Of a stretch of DNA of 64,000 nt, positions 52,168 to 64,000 are shown piece by piece. Every line of letters starts with the position of its first letter. Within the stretch, counting starts at the first letter, position 1. Under the pieces are notes generated by a model. The model searched no databases and had not been told where the DNA came from. It saw only the letters and a program-made list of their open reading frames with translations. The DNA comes from Sphaerodactylus townsendi (Eukaryota): assembly GCF_021028975.2 (NCBI RefSeq), contig NC_059427.1, positions 125,426,001 to 125,490,000 of the forward strand, given 5' to 3'. Position numbers and translations under genes: made by a program.

Positions 52168-55100
52168 ATGGCATTTCCTTGTTTCACAAGACTTCAAGAA
52201 GAAACAACATTTGTGAGTACTACTTTCCAGACAGATTGGGATGAAACTATTTGTTTATACTAGGGATTTCCAACATGGTGCCAATGGGTGCCATGGAGAT
52301 CACCAACACCTTTTCTGGCACCTGCCAAGTGTTTCTAGGAGTGGGGAGGGCCAGGTAGGGCTTTTGGCCGGCAAGGATTCTGATTGATTATTAGAGATTT
52401 GATTGGCTGTGCAGATTAATGTTGCTTTAGCAGCTGTTGTCACTACAGCACACAAATCTGCACTGTGTTACTGAAGTTAAGCTGTGGGCCATGGCAAACA
52501 TTTTGTGGCTGGCTCCACCTTGTAGCAGCCGTTTTATTGCTGTATCCACCATGCTTTTCACAGTCATGTGTGATTTCCCTCTGCTCGAGCGATAGCATCA
52601 TTCCATGACACTTCGCCTCAATGTTCAGCTTTAAAGTGTACGCCCCCCTCCGTGAGATCTGTCAATCTTACTTTACTGTGATGATGTCCAATTCCCAAAA
52701 AAATGTGAAGGACAATCTAGGATTAGGCTATAGTGTAGCTATAGTCTTTGAAGGGCAGCCATGGAGCACAAGCAGGGTGGTAAAGGATGATTGAAACATC
52801 TAATTTCAGGGTCTTTTCTTTAAGGCCTCATAGCCTGATTTTTGTTGTTGTTGTTGTTGTTGTAGGAACTGAAAGTTATGGAAGACTTCCAGAACCTACG
52901 ACATGGACTTCCGCAGCATGATGTTCTAACCACCAGCCCAGACTTGAAGACAGAACCCTCCCTGGAAGGGTTAGGTGACCAACAGCTGTTGCTCAGAGCC
53001 ATGCCTTATTCCATGCAAGAGAAGCGTTTCCTCAGGTTGGGAGTGAGATCATGAGGGAAATCATAATTAGCATTGTGCTGTCTAACTGCAAAGAACGTCT
53101 GACACAGTCCATAATATTGGATTAAAACCACAGCCCGTGACACAGCCACAGGCCAGAAAAATGTTTTTCTCAGGAAAAGTACTCTAATGGGTAGAACAGC
53201 CCCACGGAGTGGAGATATTTGCTATAGAAAGATGGTTACGATCCACAAAGAAGTGGGTGAATTCTGTATTTATAGTTTGAGGTTATGAATCTGTTTTTAA
53301 TTACATCACCCTCTTATCTCGTAACAGGAAGCTAAGAAGCTATCCCTCAGCAAAACATTTGCTGACTTAGAGTGATAGTAGTTGAGCAGAGAGAGACTGT
53401 GTCCCTCTTTGGGAGCAGGGGGAAGCAGCCTAATTAGGAACATGGACGTGTGATTCCCTTCTAACTCAGGCCCCTTCTGCACATGCAGAATAATGCACTT
53501 TCAATGCATTTTGCAGCTGGATTTTAACTGAGTGAAATAGCAAAATCCACTTGCAAACAATTGTGAAAGTGGATCGAAACAACGTTATTCTGCATGCGCA
53601 GAAGGGGCCTAAATCTCACAGTGCCTCACGGTGCCTCACAGATTCGCAAGGCAGAAAGGAACCTTGAACCCATTTTCTTTGAGCAGGCGGCTGAATGCAC
53701 CCACAGAAAGAGAGGTGTCTGCTTGGGTGACCTGGTGCCGAAGACGATACAGGGTCTATAGGCAACTTCAAGAAGGTATCTGGAATCTTGCCAGAATCTG
53801 TCAGCTCTGGAAAGCTTCTCTGGATGAGATTGAGGGTAAGAGGAACATTCAGCTTTATAAGTAGATCTGCTGAAAGAAGGTCACTGGCCTACTTACTGGT
53901 ATCTGTGTCAAACTTTAAAACTGGGGCTGGGACTAATGAGAATGTGTCTGTGGCATCAGATCAGTTGGAACACTTGGAGGAAAAAAGAAAATCCTCTCCA
54001 TCATTGAGAAGGGACCTAGTTTCATAAATGCTGCCACTCAAGAGAGCCCTCCATCGGCCTGTCTAATTACTTTTATAACCCCTGAGCAGGCTGGTATGAG
54101 GCAAGGGGGACCTCTAGAGGCTGGCTGGCTGCAAAGGTGTTAAGAACACAGAAGGAAAATTTAAATCTGCTTCTGAAATACCTTTGAGTCATGGGCTTAT
54201 GTGATTAGTTGTAGATCAGGAAGATGAGGCAGTCAGTCCATGAGTAAGGCTATTGCATGCTTTTGTATGTTGACTAAGCCCTGTCCTGGATGGCCCAAAC
54301 TAGCCTAATCTCATCAGACCTCAGAAGCTGAAAATGGTTGGCCCTAGTTGGTACTTGGATGGGAGACCGAAGGAATACCAGGGTTGCTATGCAAACAAAG
54401 GCAATGGCAAACTATCTCTGCTGGGTTGCCATAAGTCAGTTGCAACTTGATGGCACTTTACACACTCATATTAATTAAATTGAACTGTGTGGATATTTCA
54501 GCTTGACCAGTGACTGGCAAAAACTCTAATGAGGCCTGACTGAAACCAACAAGGGGGCAATAATATGGGTCAGGGGTCTGCAACCTGCGGCTCTCCAGTT
54601 GTTCATGGACTACAATTCCCATCAGCCCCTGCCAGCATGGCTAATTGGTGATATAGGCGATTGTGAATTTGGGCACATTGTCTCTTGTGCGTCATCTCTG
54701 CCTCCACTTTTCCTCTCAGGGATTTTTGGCCCAGGCATCCACTCCTATTTCTATTTCCTGAAGTTCCTGCTTTTTATCAATTTCCTGGCTATGCTGCTTA
54801 TCACAGGATTTGTACAGCTGCCTGTTACCATCTCCCGTGACACAACCAGTTTTCTGAAGGGTCCAGGTGCGGGTGAGTCCTTCAAGTGCATAGGCACTAG
54901 GGTTTCTGTCGGCACTCCTACATTGCTGCCTGAGGGCTGGAGGATCAACTGAAATGCCACCCACGTTCTTTCTCCTAGAGCTGGAGTGCATGAACTACAG
55001 CAGTGACATCAGTCATAGATCAGTCTGGCAACACATTCAGGACGTCATCACTGGGGAAGTGAGTTTGCAGGAAATATGGTTTGCAGGTCATTTCCTGGGC

Positions 55101-58100
55101 AGGAAGTTTTCATGGGGAGGCAAGTGTGTGGGGTTGGAGATTCAGGAATGTACCTGAACTGTGAAAAATTGAGTGGTGGAAAAGAGGGAGACCCTTATGT
55201 AAAGACAGGTTGTGGTCTCTCTTGGATTCAAGATGAACTGGTAGAAGAATGCCCACTAATTCTTTTCTTAACGTTCTGAGTTTAAATCTTTGAAAATGAT
55301 TGTGGCTCAGGCCTATCTACAAGTTTCTTCTCATTTCTTCTTAGGGCTATTTGGAGCATTCCAGACTATTTTATGGTGCTTATCATGTAAAACAGGATAA
55401 CAACCACCACTATAATATACACTTAGCCTACCTGCTTAGCATCTTGGGATACCTCTTTGGTTGCTTCCTCTGGATCTTTTGGCGGTAAGTAGCCCAGATA
55501 GAGACCTGGTCTCCAAACTGACAAGGTATGAAAGTATGAGAGGGAGCCTGTACGGGAGAAACGTAAGTAGTAGCAGAACAGAAGGTTTGAGACAGGGAGG
55601 GATTTACATATGCAGTGTGTTATGACTCTGGAGTTATTAATTGCTCCCTTGTCTCAAAATGTCACCTTTTCCCCATAACTCAATTGCAAAGAGGCAAGAT
55701 AATCTATCACTTGACATTAATTCTCAGTGAAGAACTTCACCACTGCATATTGTATTTATACCATGTCATGCTGCCCAATAATTAGAAACATTTATCTAAT
55801 GGAATAGCAACAGTCAATGTGGTGTGTTGGTTAAAAGTGGCAGACTTTAATCTGGAAAACCGGGTTCAATTCTTCACTCCTCCACATAAAGCCAGCTTAG
55901 TGACCTTGGTCCAGTCATAGTTCTCTAAGAACTCTCAGCCAACATGGAGGTAGGCAATGACAAACCACCTCCAAATGCCTCTTACCTCAAAAATCTTACA
56001 TGGTCATGGTCACCATAAGATAGCTGTGACTTAATGGTATTTTACACACACATAATATAATATTGACAAGAGAGGGGCTTGCAATGCAGAAGTCCTGTTC
56101 CTCCCCTTCCAGCTCCTACTTCCCCCCACTTATTTCCATTCCACTGGTACCTACTCCACAAGTTCAGGGTCAGGTTTGACTTCCCCTCTTCTCTTGCAAT
56201 TTCCTTCCCTTTCACAGCTGTTCTCTCCAGCTGTGCTTTTCTCATCCTTTTTTGATGACCAGTATTGGCATCCTAAAATGAGTCTATATCAATCTAATAT
56301 TCCACCCAAACCAGTTTTTTGCAACGTGTGTTGGGGGGTACACTACTTTACTTTTAAACATTTCAGATTTTTTTGGCAAAACTGAGAGTTCCCCAAAGTT
56401 TTTGGAATCTGAAATTGTAGCCAGAGGCTGGCTCCATTTTGTAAATGTTTTGATCTACACAGTCCCAATGTGTTATCCTTGGTTATAAGGATAAGTAAAA
56501 TCTCCTTGTCCTTTCCCCATCTCTTCTGTATTCTATAATAATCTATCATATTTTATCCCTTCCTTTCCCACTGCATCTCAAAGTGGTTTCCTGACTTTCA
56601 TGGCCTATCAAAAATGTCCATTTTTTCCTGCAATGTCTATCTGAGAAGAATTTGGGCATCACCAGTGCTGATTCACATCCCCTGTGCGGATCTTTGTGCT
56701 GTGACAAGCTCCATCTTCTTGTTCTACCAGCTGGGTTCTATATTACATATGACAATTATATCAGTTTGCCAGGAGAAAGTTTGCCAGGAGAAAGGTCGTG
56801 GGTGCCTCCACTATCCCAGCTTCAGCCAAGAGGACCTCACTGGTGGGCTCTGCCAGCTCTACTGAGTCATCATTGGCCTCAGTTTGGTCAGAATTGCTAG
56901 AAGCAGATCCCTTCTCTGCCCTGGCTGGACTGGTCCACATCATTAAGGAGAAGTCCAGCAACTTTCTCTCTGGCTTCAGACTCTGCCTCCTTTTGAGAGG
57001 GTTGCCCTTTTCTTCGTTGGTCCCCTGGGTTACCTGAGCCAGGAGCAAGCTTGCCCTGGAACCCGGTCTATCTTTGCTTTGCTTCTCTTCCTATCCCTCG
57101 TCTCAGCCCCAGGTGCTACTTTCCCTGAAACCCTTTCCCAAATCCTCCTTTCACCTGACAGCTTCGCTGACGAGGTTGTAGTCTGGCTCTACTCTGCTTG
57201 GGCTTTTGCCCGGCCCTCCGTTCCCTAGCCTGGCTTCTCCTGTGCTGGCTGAGGGACGCTCTCTTTTCTGGTGGCCTGTGAGAAGCCAATCTCAATCCTC
57301 AAAAAATGGAGAGGTGAAACCTACTAGTATACCAAACAACACAAAACACTCTCCAGTGGCCAATAGATATCAAATGCTAATACATATAATGTGATATAAA
57401 GTGATATAAAGTGCACCTGTGTGATACAAATATACAAACTCATCAACAGACAAGTGTGTTACAATATACATGGAGTATCACCTATGACAATAAATAACAA
57501 TAAATATGAAAATAAATAACAATAAACAACACTATTAAAAATGCCTCTGTTTTTCAATGGGGAAAGTCACTCCAGTATTGCTACTACAGTCCACTCAGCA
57601 TGTCTTATTTGCATGAAGTAAATCCCAATGCTTTCAGAAGGCATTATTCAAATAGCCTTCACAAGAGTCCTCCGCTACTTCTTGTAACACTGACACAAGC
57701 CGTTTATAGTCATCAATCAGACCTGGTTCAGTTATTCTCCTAGATTTTTGTTTCTTCTTCAGTGGATGGCAAAAAAACCTTGAGTTGTTTAGGACTTAAC
57801 CATCTGTGAGGACTTAACCATCCATGGGACTTGACCCTGTGTAGTTAGATAGCTTCGTCTGTTGAATTGGCCATTGGAGAGTGTTTTATGTTGTTTGGTC
57901 TGAGAGAAGTCTTTCACTGGTCTGTCACCTTCCTGCACCCTCTAACTAGCTTCACCACCTGGTCCTGGGGTATCCTGATGAGCTCTGGTCCTGTGCGCTC
58001 AGCCTGGCTCTCTTGGGGTCAGGAGCTCCAGAACTGCTCCTGGTTCTGGACAAAGGCCTTACATATCTGTGACAAACCAATCTACTGTCCCAATATGCAG

Positions 58101-61100
58101 AATTGTTGCCAGTTTGGTGCAATGGCTGACACTACGAGGTGAATTCAAGACACGCATCAGGATCTTTGCAGAATGGGATTTCTGCATCCAAAATCCTGAG
58201 GTGGCTACCCTCAAACAGCGGAGTATTTACAATGTCCTTAAGGTACAGTATAGTTTGCCGGTGGAATATGATAATCTGATCCTATCCCTTTACCCTATAA
58301 ATTAATGTGTAAATTCATAACACATTTTAAATTATCTATCACTTAAACTGCTGGCTAGACTTAAAAAATAATGTTTTTTGAAGTATGAGCTAGACATGTA
58401 AGCATACACATGAAATCTTTTTCCTCTCATAAGCCAGGGTGCCCTTTAAGCTTTTTTGACTTGTGGCCTAAAAAGGGCATCACATTTCTTAGTTATTTGA
58501 AGAAGACCTAGAAGAATGGCTCAGACATTAAGCTCCTGGTCTCCTGTGATATTTGCCTGGGTTCGAATCTTCATTCAGCTCTCGTGTCCCCTCGTTGTTA
58601 CCTTATTTGTAAAGCCAGGTTGTAGCCATTAATAGTGCTTGACTAGATTGAGATCTACAGGAGCAGCCCAGAGAAACAGGATTTAAACCAAATTCCTGCC
58701 TTTAGGGTAATATCCCAATGTTAGAGGCACTCATTGTTTCCATCCTTGGATTACTGTACATCCTGTATCCTCAGATGTTAGAGCTTTGCTGGAGAGGCCT
58801 TGCATGCTTAAACCTTAGAAACACATTATTCCTTGCACTGATAGAATTGACTTTATTTCTCTTCTGCATGGAACAGATTGATATGGCAGAGCAGACCCGG
58901 CGTGCGCAGAAGCGACTGCGGACATGGAAACAACTAACACAGCTCTATCTGCTACGCCTGCTAATTAATGGCGTCATCTTGCTTCTGATTTCTGCTGCTT
59001 TCTTTTGCATTCACTTGGCCACAGATGTTTCCCAGGTAGGCCACCTCCTCCTTCCTAATCAGGGTCAGCTCCATAACGGGACCTTTAGTGGCTAAGCCTG
59101 AATCTGGATCTGGAGTTCATGTTCTCCAATCTGGATTAATTGCTAGAGCTCAACTGAAAGCTTGAGCTGGCATGATGCTTGGTGCTTGCTGAGCAACAGG
59201 CACAAGGACAGAGATCAGTTGCCAGAACTGGATCAGGGACTTTGAGCTCCTAGACTGTATACCAGGAATGGCCATGTAGGGGCTTCTCATTGCCTGCCAA
59301 TTCCAATGGTTAGAGTTGCGTAGCCTTTTTTTCGTGTTGTACCTGGAAAAACTTGTGCCCTCACGTAGGCCCCTTCCGCACATGCAGAATAATGCACTTT
59401 CAATTCACTTTGCAGCTGGATTTTACTGTGCAGAATAGCAAAATCCACTTGGAAACAATTGTGAAAGTGGATTGAAAGTGCATTATTCTGCATGTGTGGA
59501 AGGGGTCGTAGTCCTGGGTAGCTCACTTAGTTATATCCCAGTTTCCCACCATGAGATTAGTTCAAGCCTCCAGATCCCTGAGAGCCAAATCCTTAATTGA
59601 CAGCTTACTTGAATTTCCCTTCATACTTGTTCACTCACAGGGTGTGAGGCAGATAGTGGTGAATTGTGGAAAATCGGGCACTTAGATCTTCATGGTATAT
59701 ATAGGATAGATTACTTTTCACAAATGATTATATCACCGTGTAATGAATGGCCAAGTTAATTCTAAAACTGAAAGCCTCACTGGGACAAAGTTCCTGGATT
59801 CTGACAGATATTATCATGATAGAAACATCCACTGCCCATAAATATGCTTCCTTGTGCCAAATGCATCTCTGACTTGTTTGTTCCCAGCAAGATGTTGCCA
59901 GCCTCAGTGTAGTAAACCAGTATCTGCCACCTGTGGTCATCTCCATAGTGAATGCTCTCCTGCCCTTTCTGTTCCATGCTCTGGCCCAGTTGGAGGGCTG
60001 CTCTCCCAAGACTGAAGTTAACCTTACTCTGGTCAGGTAGGTGCTTCCACTGTGGTGTCGTCTTTGAGGAAAGAAAATGACAACTACAAATGCACTGTTT
60101 TATTCTTTCCAGAATGTCGATTTCAGTTTTTCTTAGAACAAACAATAACCCCCTCTCTTGTAAACATCCTTTGTATTCTGCTATGCGTGTGAAGTGTAAA
60201 ATGTTTTGTTTTTCTGTTGGCTGAAATGTTTATGGGTGAAAGTAGTAGCCTTAATCAATAATGTCTAAGTTTTAAAGTTATTCCCTTGTCAAATAGATGC
60301 TCTGGTTTTCACCAGAGCTAATGGCTCATTGGGCCCTGCTGTAAAGATGTTCAAAGGAAAGGGTTAACATAACAAAACCTGTTATCAGGAACAGGGTGTT
60401 AGAATTCACACTCAAACCCTCCTGAGTAACTTAGAGACATCTTGTGGCCCTGTGTATTTCCTCCCATAGTATAATAATGCCAATGTTGCTTTGATCAGCA
60501 CTTGGAAGTATGAGAACCGTATAGTCTGCTGTCAAAACATCTCCCGGATTCTGGAATAAACAAGGTGTCACATGGGGTCAGGCTGACACCTAAATGACCT
60601 TGTTGCCCCATTTTAATGTAAAATCTCCACACAGGGGAGGCACTTAGATGCGTCTTTTAGATCATGGATCATATGAAGGGGGCTTCACATGTACTGGTAT
60701 GTTAAGAGAATGGTGTATTTTACCTCCCCAATGTGATGATGCTGACTTTATGACTCTGTAAACTGCATAAAACCTGGAAACCCATGGTATTCTGGGCTTC
60801 TGCCTTCAATGGAATTTGGTGCTGCAGCAACAATAAACCATTCCTTTTATTTCACCCTAACTCTCGCCTCCTGAGTGTTAATTGGGTCAGGGCTCAGGAG
60901 AACATAACTGATTAAAAGTTCCCTAGACACATCACCACCTCAGGGGTGACAGATATTTATTGTGGCAAAAAAAAAAGTTAACAGGGAGGAAGAGTTTACA
61001 GACTTTGCCTGTGGTGTTTGTTCCAAAGTTTCATGCTGGATTGGGCTGTAAGACACCCAGAAAGCCTATTTGAATCCTCCATGTGTCCCTCTTGGTCCTG

Positions 61101-63917
61101 TCAACAGGCACACTCAGAAAATTCCAGGCTCAGAACATAATTCCCAGGCATATATGGGGCCAATTTGGATTGGGACCATGGTGTGCAGGCAGTGGGGGTT
61201 TAAACTATTTGTGCAATTTTTTTGATCTGAAACAGACATGGGGAGATGCTGTTCGCTGCATTGGGGAAGCTTCTGTGTTTTGCTGTGTTACACATAAGCT
61301 TTCCCAGAAGGACAAATAACTCCCTGTGGCCTTTCACTAAGGTCGTTTTTGCATGGTGGCAGAAACAGCTGTCCACTGGCATAATTAATGCTGGTGGATG
61401 CACGAAACCATTCGCATGGTTTCGTGCAGGCAGCGCCAAGGCTGCTGCGACTTGCAGAGGCGGCTCTGCACAGAGCTGCCTGCAGGTCATCCTGTTCACC
61501 TACCTCTCCTCCTTGCACAGCTCTGGATGGCTGCCAGGAGTCAGAGGGCAGCGTGGGCGAGTCTCTCCAGCTGTCCAGAGCTGCACAGGGAGGAGAGGTA
61601 GGTGAATAGGAACACCAGAGGGGCCAAATGTGGCACCCTCATGCTTATATGCTTCGCACTGCACCAGCGGGAAGACGCTGCTTTTGAAAAAACTCGCTCA
61701 GGGAGCGAGTTTCAAAAGCAGTGTTTTCGCACAGGTGGGGGGGCAAGCACAGCGCTGCTACATCGGGCAGCTGTGCAAACAGCACCCCAGGGATGGTGTT
61801 TTTACCATCCCTAGGGCGCTGTTTTTCGGCTGTGTGTAATGAAAGCTTATGCCTCCAGCACTCTGTCCCCATAAATGCCAGGGAATTAAATGCTGAACAC
61901 AGAACTCCGGTTGAAAGGACCATAGCCAGTACATGGGGGACATGAGGAGTTTGTAACCTGTGATCAGGCACTCTTTTATTATGTAGTAATTGATTGTGGT
62001 TTGCATATAAACTACTTAGAAAGCTGGTTGTGGATGTATCATCTTGCATAGTGGTAAAGAGATGCAGCTGCAGATCTTGTGTGCGAATATGTGGCAAAAG
62101 TCATCAGTATTAGCTCACAGTCAGTTTCTCAGACCCTAGAGTATGTGGTTTAAGTGGCTAGGCAGAACTGTACACCCTGTGTGTAAAGTGTAGTCTCTTT
62201 TGTCTTATAGATGTGTGATCCTGAAGCTGTCCAGCCTGGGAATGTTCCTGCTCTTTCTGAGCCAGAGGGTCCTGTGCACAGGGAGAAGAAATGCTCCCCA
62301 GTGCCAACCATGCGGTTACAACAAACTCTATCAGGTGACTGGAGATACACGGGATAATCAGGGTGCACGTTTCTGGTTCAGAGCAAATTGTGCCAAATAA
62401 CATGTTCGGATGTGAAACATTCTGGAATTAGGCATCTGTCCATATGGAAGAGAATTAGTTGTCCTTGATGTGGAACGGATACACTGGTACTTTGCATATC
62501 TAGCCAGTGAAAATTACTTTATATTTTTAACAGCATCTCTTTCACTAGTCTCTTTTGGCATTCCTTTCCCTGGCATCCTTCCTTGGACATTAGTGTGTCT
62601 GGTTTTCATTTGTGTTGATTCCAACTCACCCTGGACTTTTTGCTTAGCTACAGTTCTGATTGTCATCCTGCAATAAGGAAATCCTGGTTGATTATGAGCC
62701 ACTAGTAGTAAAGCCTACTGTACGAACAGACACAATGGGCTCTAAAAACCTGTTGGTGGGTTAATGGTGCCCACTGGGGAGGCTAAATCCTTCTGCCTTT
62801 CCCCTCCTCTTGGCCCCACAATTTTCCACAGAGAATGAAAACCTAGGCTAATTATTCAATTTTTAAAAGCTTACTTACAGATTCCCACTGTTCCCCCCCC
62901 CCCCTGCACAGACCAGCTCCCCTAGTTTGCAAGCATGCTCTCCTTTCTCACATTTTACACACACATAGTAGTAGTAGTATTTACTGCATTAGCCATAGGC
63001 TCCACACACACATACACAGACATATTCGGTTCTCCTAACTTTGCAAATGGGCTCTCCTTTCTCAGATTTCCCCATGCAAATAAACAGACAAGTTTCCCCA
63101 ACTTTGCTGTCTTTTCTCAGCTTCTCCCTACCCGCCCCCCACACCCCTCGAGAGGCTCTCCTAACTTTCCAAACAGGCTCATCCAGCTCAGCCCCAACTT
63201 GACAGAGTTTGTTCCATGTTTCCAGGCAGGAGGTTCTTCACAATTCATCACAAGGATCTAGTCCTGAAAGGGAGAAGCACATTATGGAGGGTGGAGGGAA
63301 ATATGGCTTCCTACTGTACTTTCCCCCCTTTTCAAAGCTCTTCACCACCAGGGAGAGGCACACAGTGGAGGGAGGAAGAGAGAATGGCTTCCTGCAGCAA
63401 GGGCTGCTGGGAAGTGTAGTTCTTGCCCCTTTGGGGCAGCTAGAATGTGGGACTTCCTGGTTAGCTGAGGACTATACTTCCCAGCAGCCCTTTTCTGATT
63501 CGTTGTTGGGAACATGCTGCTCAATTATATAGTGAGATTAAATCTTTTTGATTTTAATTCATTACAAATGACCACCTTGAATAATATACAAATTGAGTGG
63601 TGATTTTCTCCATGGAATTAGAATAAAGGGCAAACATATGCTCTGTTTGTACCATCAACCCCTATAAAATGATATTGCACACATTCACTGTGACTTTAGC
63701 TTTTAAAAACACCAATAACTCCATGTGACAGTCTATGTATATTACACTGACATAGGATAACATTCCTAGAAATAGCATTCCTTGTGTGAGTCACTCTGGT
63801 GATATTGTTGTGCCTGCAGTGCTGGGAAACTCACATTGGACAGGAGATGTATAAGATGACTGTCTTCAGCTTCTTGACCACCTTGGCATTTGCTTTCCTT
63901 ATCAGTCTGCCACGGAG
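52168..63917 (+). CDS. TMC8: Transmembrane channel-like protein 8 (EVER2), 5' partial; join(52168..52212,52866..53035,53687..53835,54720..54872,54979..55058,55345..55484,58101..58242,58877..59035,59888..60036,62211..62334,63820..63917), continues beyond the window
   Basis: Peptides RAMPYSMQEKRFL, LWKASLDEIEGIFGPGIHSYFYFLKFLL, LFYGAY...YNIHLAYLLS, WDFCIQ, QYLPPVVISIVN, TEVNLTLVRCVILKLSSLGMF and CWETHIGQEMYK match TMC8 as I recall it. All introns are GT-AG with consistent phases. Head-to-head with TMC6 as in mammals. The first exon (52168..52212) is inferred only from ATG, donor and phase. Confidence 0.88.
53469..53609. mobile_element. PIF/Harbinger-like MITE, copy 2
   Basis: Same TIRs as 6649-6788; flanks TCA/TAA. 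Confidence 0.78.
54278..54460 (+). mobile_element. 5S rRNA-derived SINE
   Basis: CTCAGAAGCTG...GTACTTGGATGGGAGACCGAAGGAATACCAGGG, then the GCCATAAGTCAGTTGCAACTTGATGGCAC tail. Confidence 0.65.
55812..56045 (+). mobile_element. Sauria-type SINE with BovB-like tail
   Basis: tRNA head TGTGGTGTGTTGGTTAA...GGTTCAATTC; tail CCATAAGATAGCTGTGACTT. Confidence 0.6.
57285..57898. mobile_element. AT-rich insertion with a 33-bp inverted repeat, probable Penelope-like remnant
   Basis: CCAAACAACACAAAACACTCTCCAGTGGCCAAT (about 57332-57364) is the reverse complement of 57866-57898 with 2 mismatches. Degenerate flanking direct repeat CTGTGAGAAG/CTGAGAGAAG. Confidence 0.5.
59368..59507. mobile_element. PIF/Harbinger-like MITE, copy 3
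   Basis: Same TIRs as 6649-6788; flanks GTA/GTA. Confidence 0.78.
61340..61857. mobile_element. Degenerate palindromic non-autonomous DNA transposon
   Basis: GC-rich block with an internal inverted repeat CCTGTTCACCTACCTCTCCTCC...CAGCTCTGGA / TCCAGAGCTG...GGAGGAGAGGTAGGTGAATAGG (about 61490-61612). Boundaries are approximate. Confidence 0.5.
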
Positions 63918-64000
63918 GTAAGCCAAGAGATCACCACTGGTGTTCATCTACCTTAGGGTTTCCTTGACAGTGGTCCAGGGGCAGAGCGAGGGGGAACTGC

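Noticed and set aside
54290-54385. 5S rRNA gene (also near 10530, 15000 and 51600)
   Set aside because: Only a diverged 3' half is present, fused to a SINE tail, with no intact 5S 5' end or T-run terminator.
56640-58075. Nested gene or processed pseudogene in a TMC8 intron
   Set aside because: The short ORFs have no recognisable homology; more likely a decayed LTR-type repeat that I cannot delimit.

Overview
Vertebrate genomic DNA, almost certainly a squamate reptile and probably a gecko, judged from Sauria-type and 5S-derived SINEs, CR1/L2 LINEs, Penelope-like palindromes and many hAT/Harbinger MITEs. Four spliced protein-coding genes were reconstructed by hand, with splice phases checked: HGS coding exon 1 (- strand, the rest lies left of the window); complete ARL16 (+, 5 exons, 182 aa, first intron a U12-type AT-AC intron); complete TMC6/EVER1 (-, 20 coding exons, about 820 aa); and the 5' part of TMC8/EVER2 (+, 11 exons, running off the right end). 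They form two head-to-head pairs. Gene identities come from my recollection of the human proteins, not from a database search. Almost all ORFs in the six-frame track are spurious or are single exons read through into introns. I found no convincing wholly new biological system. The best leads are: a hAT insertion whose target-site duplication copies the last TMC6 splice acceptor; a non-consensus AT-AC intron and an X-box overlapping the ARL16 start codon; a long inverted-repeat, Penelope-like insertion just 3' of ARL16; and an anomalous penultimate TMC6 exon.
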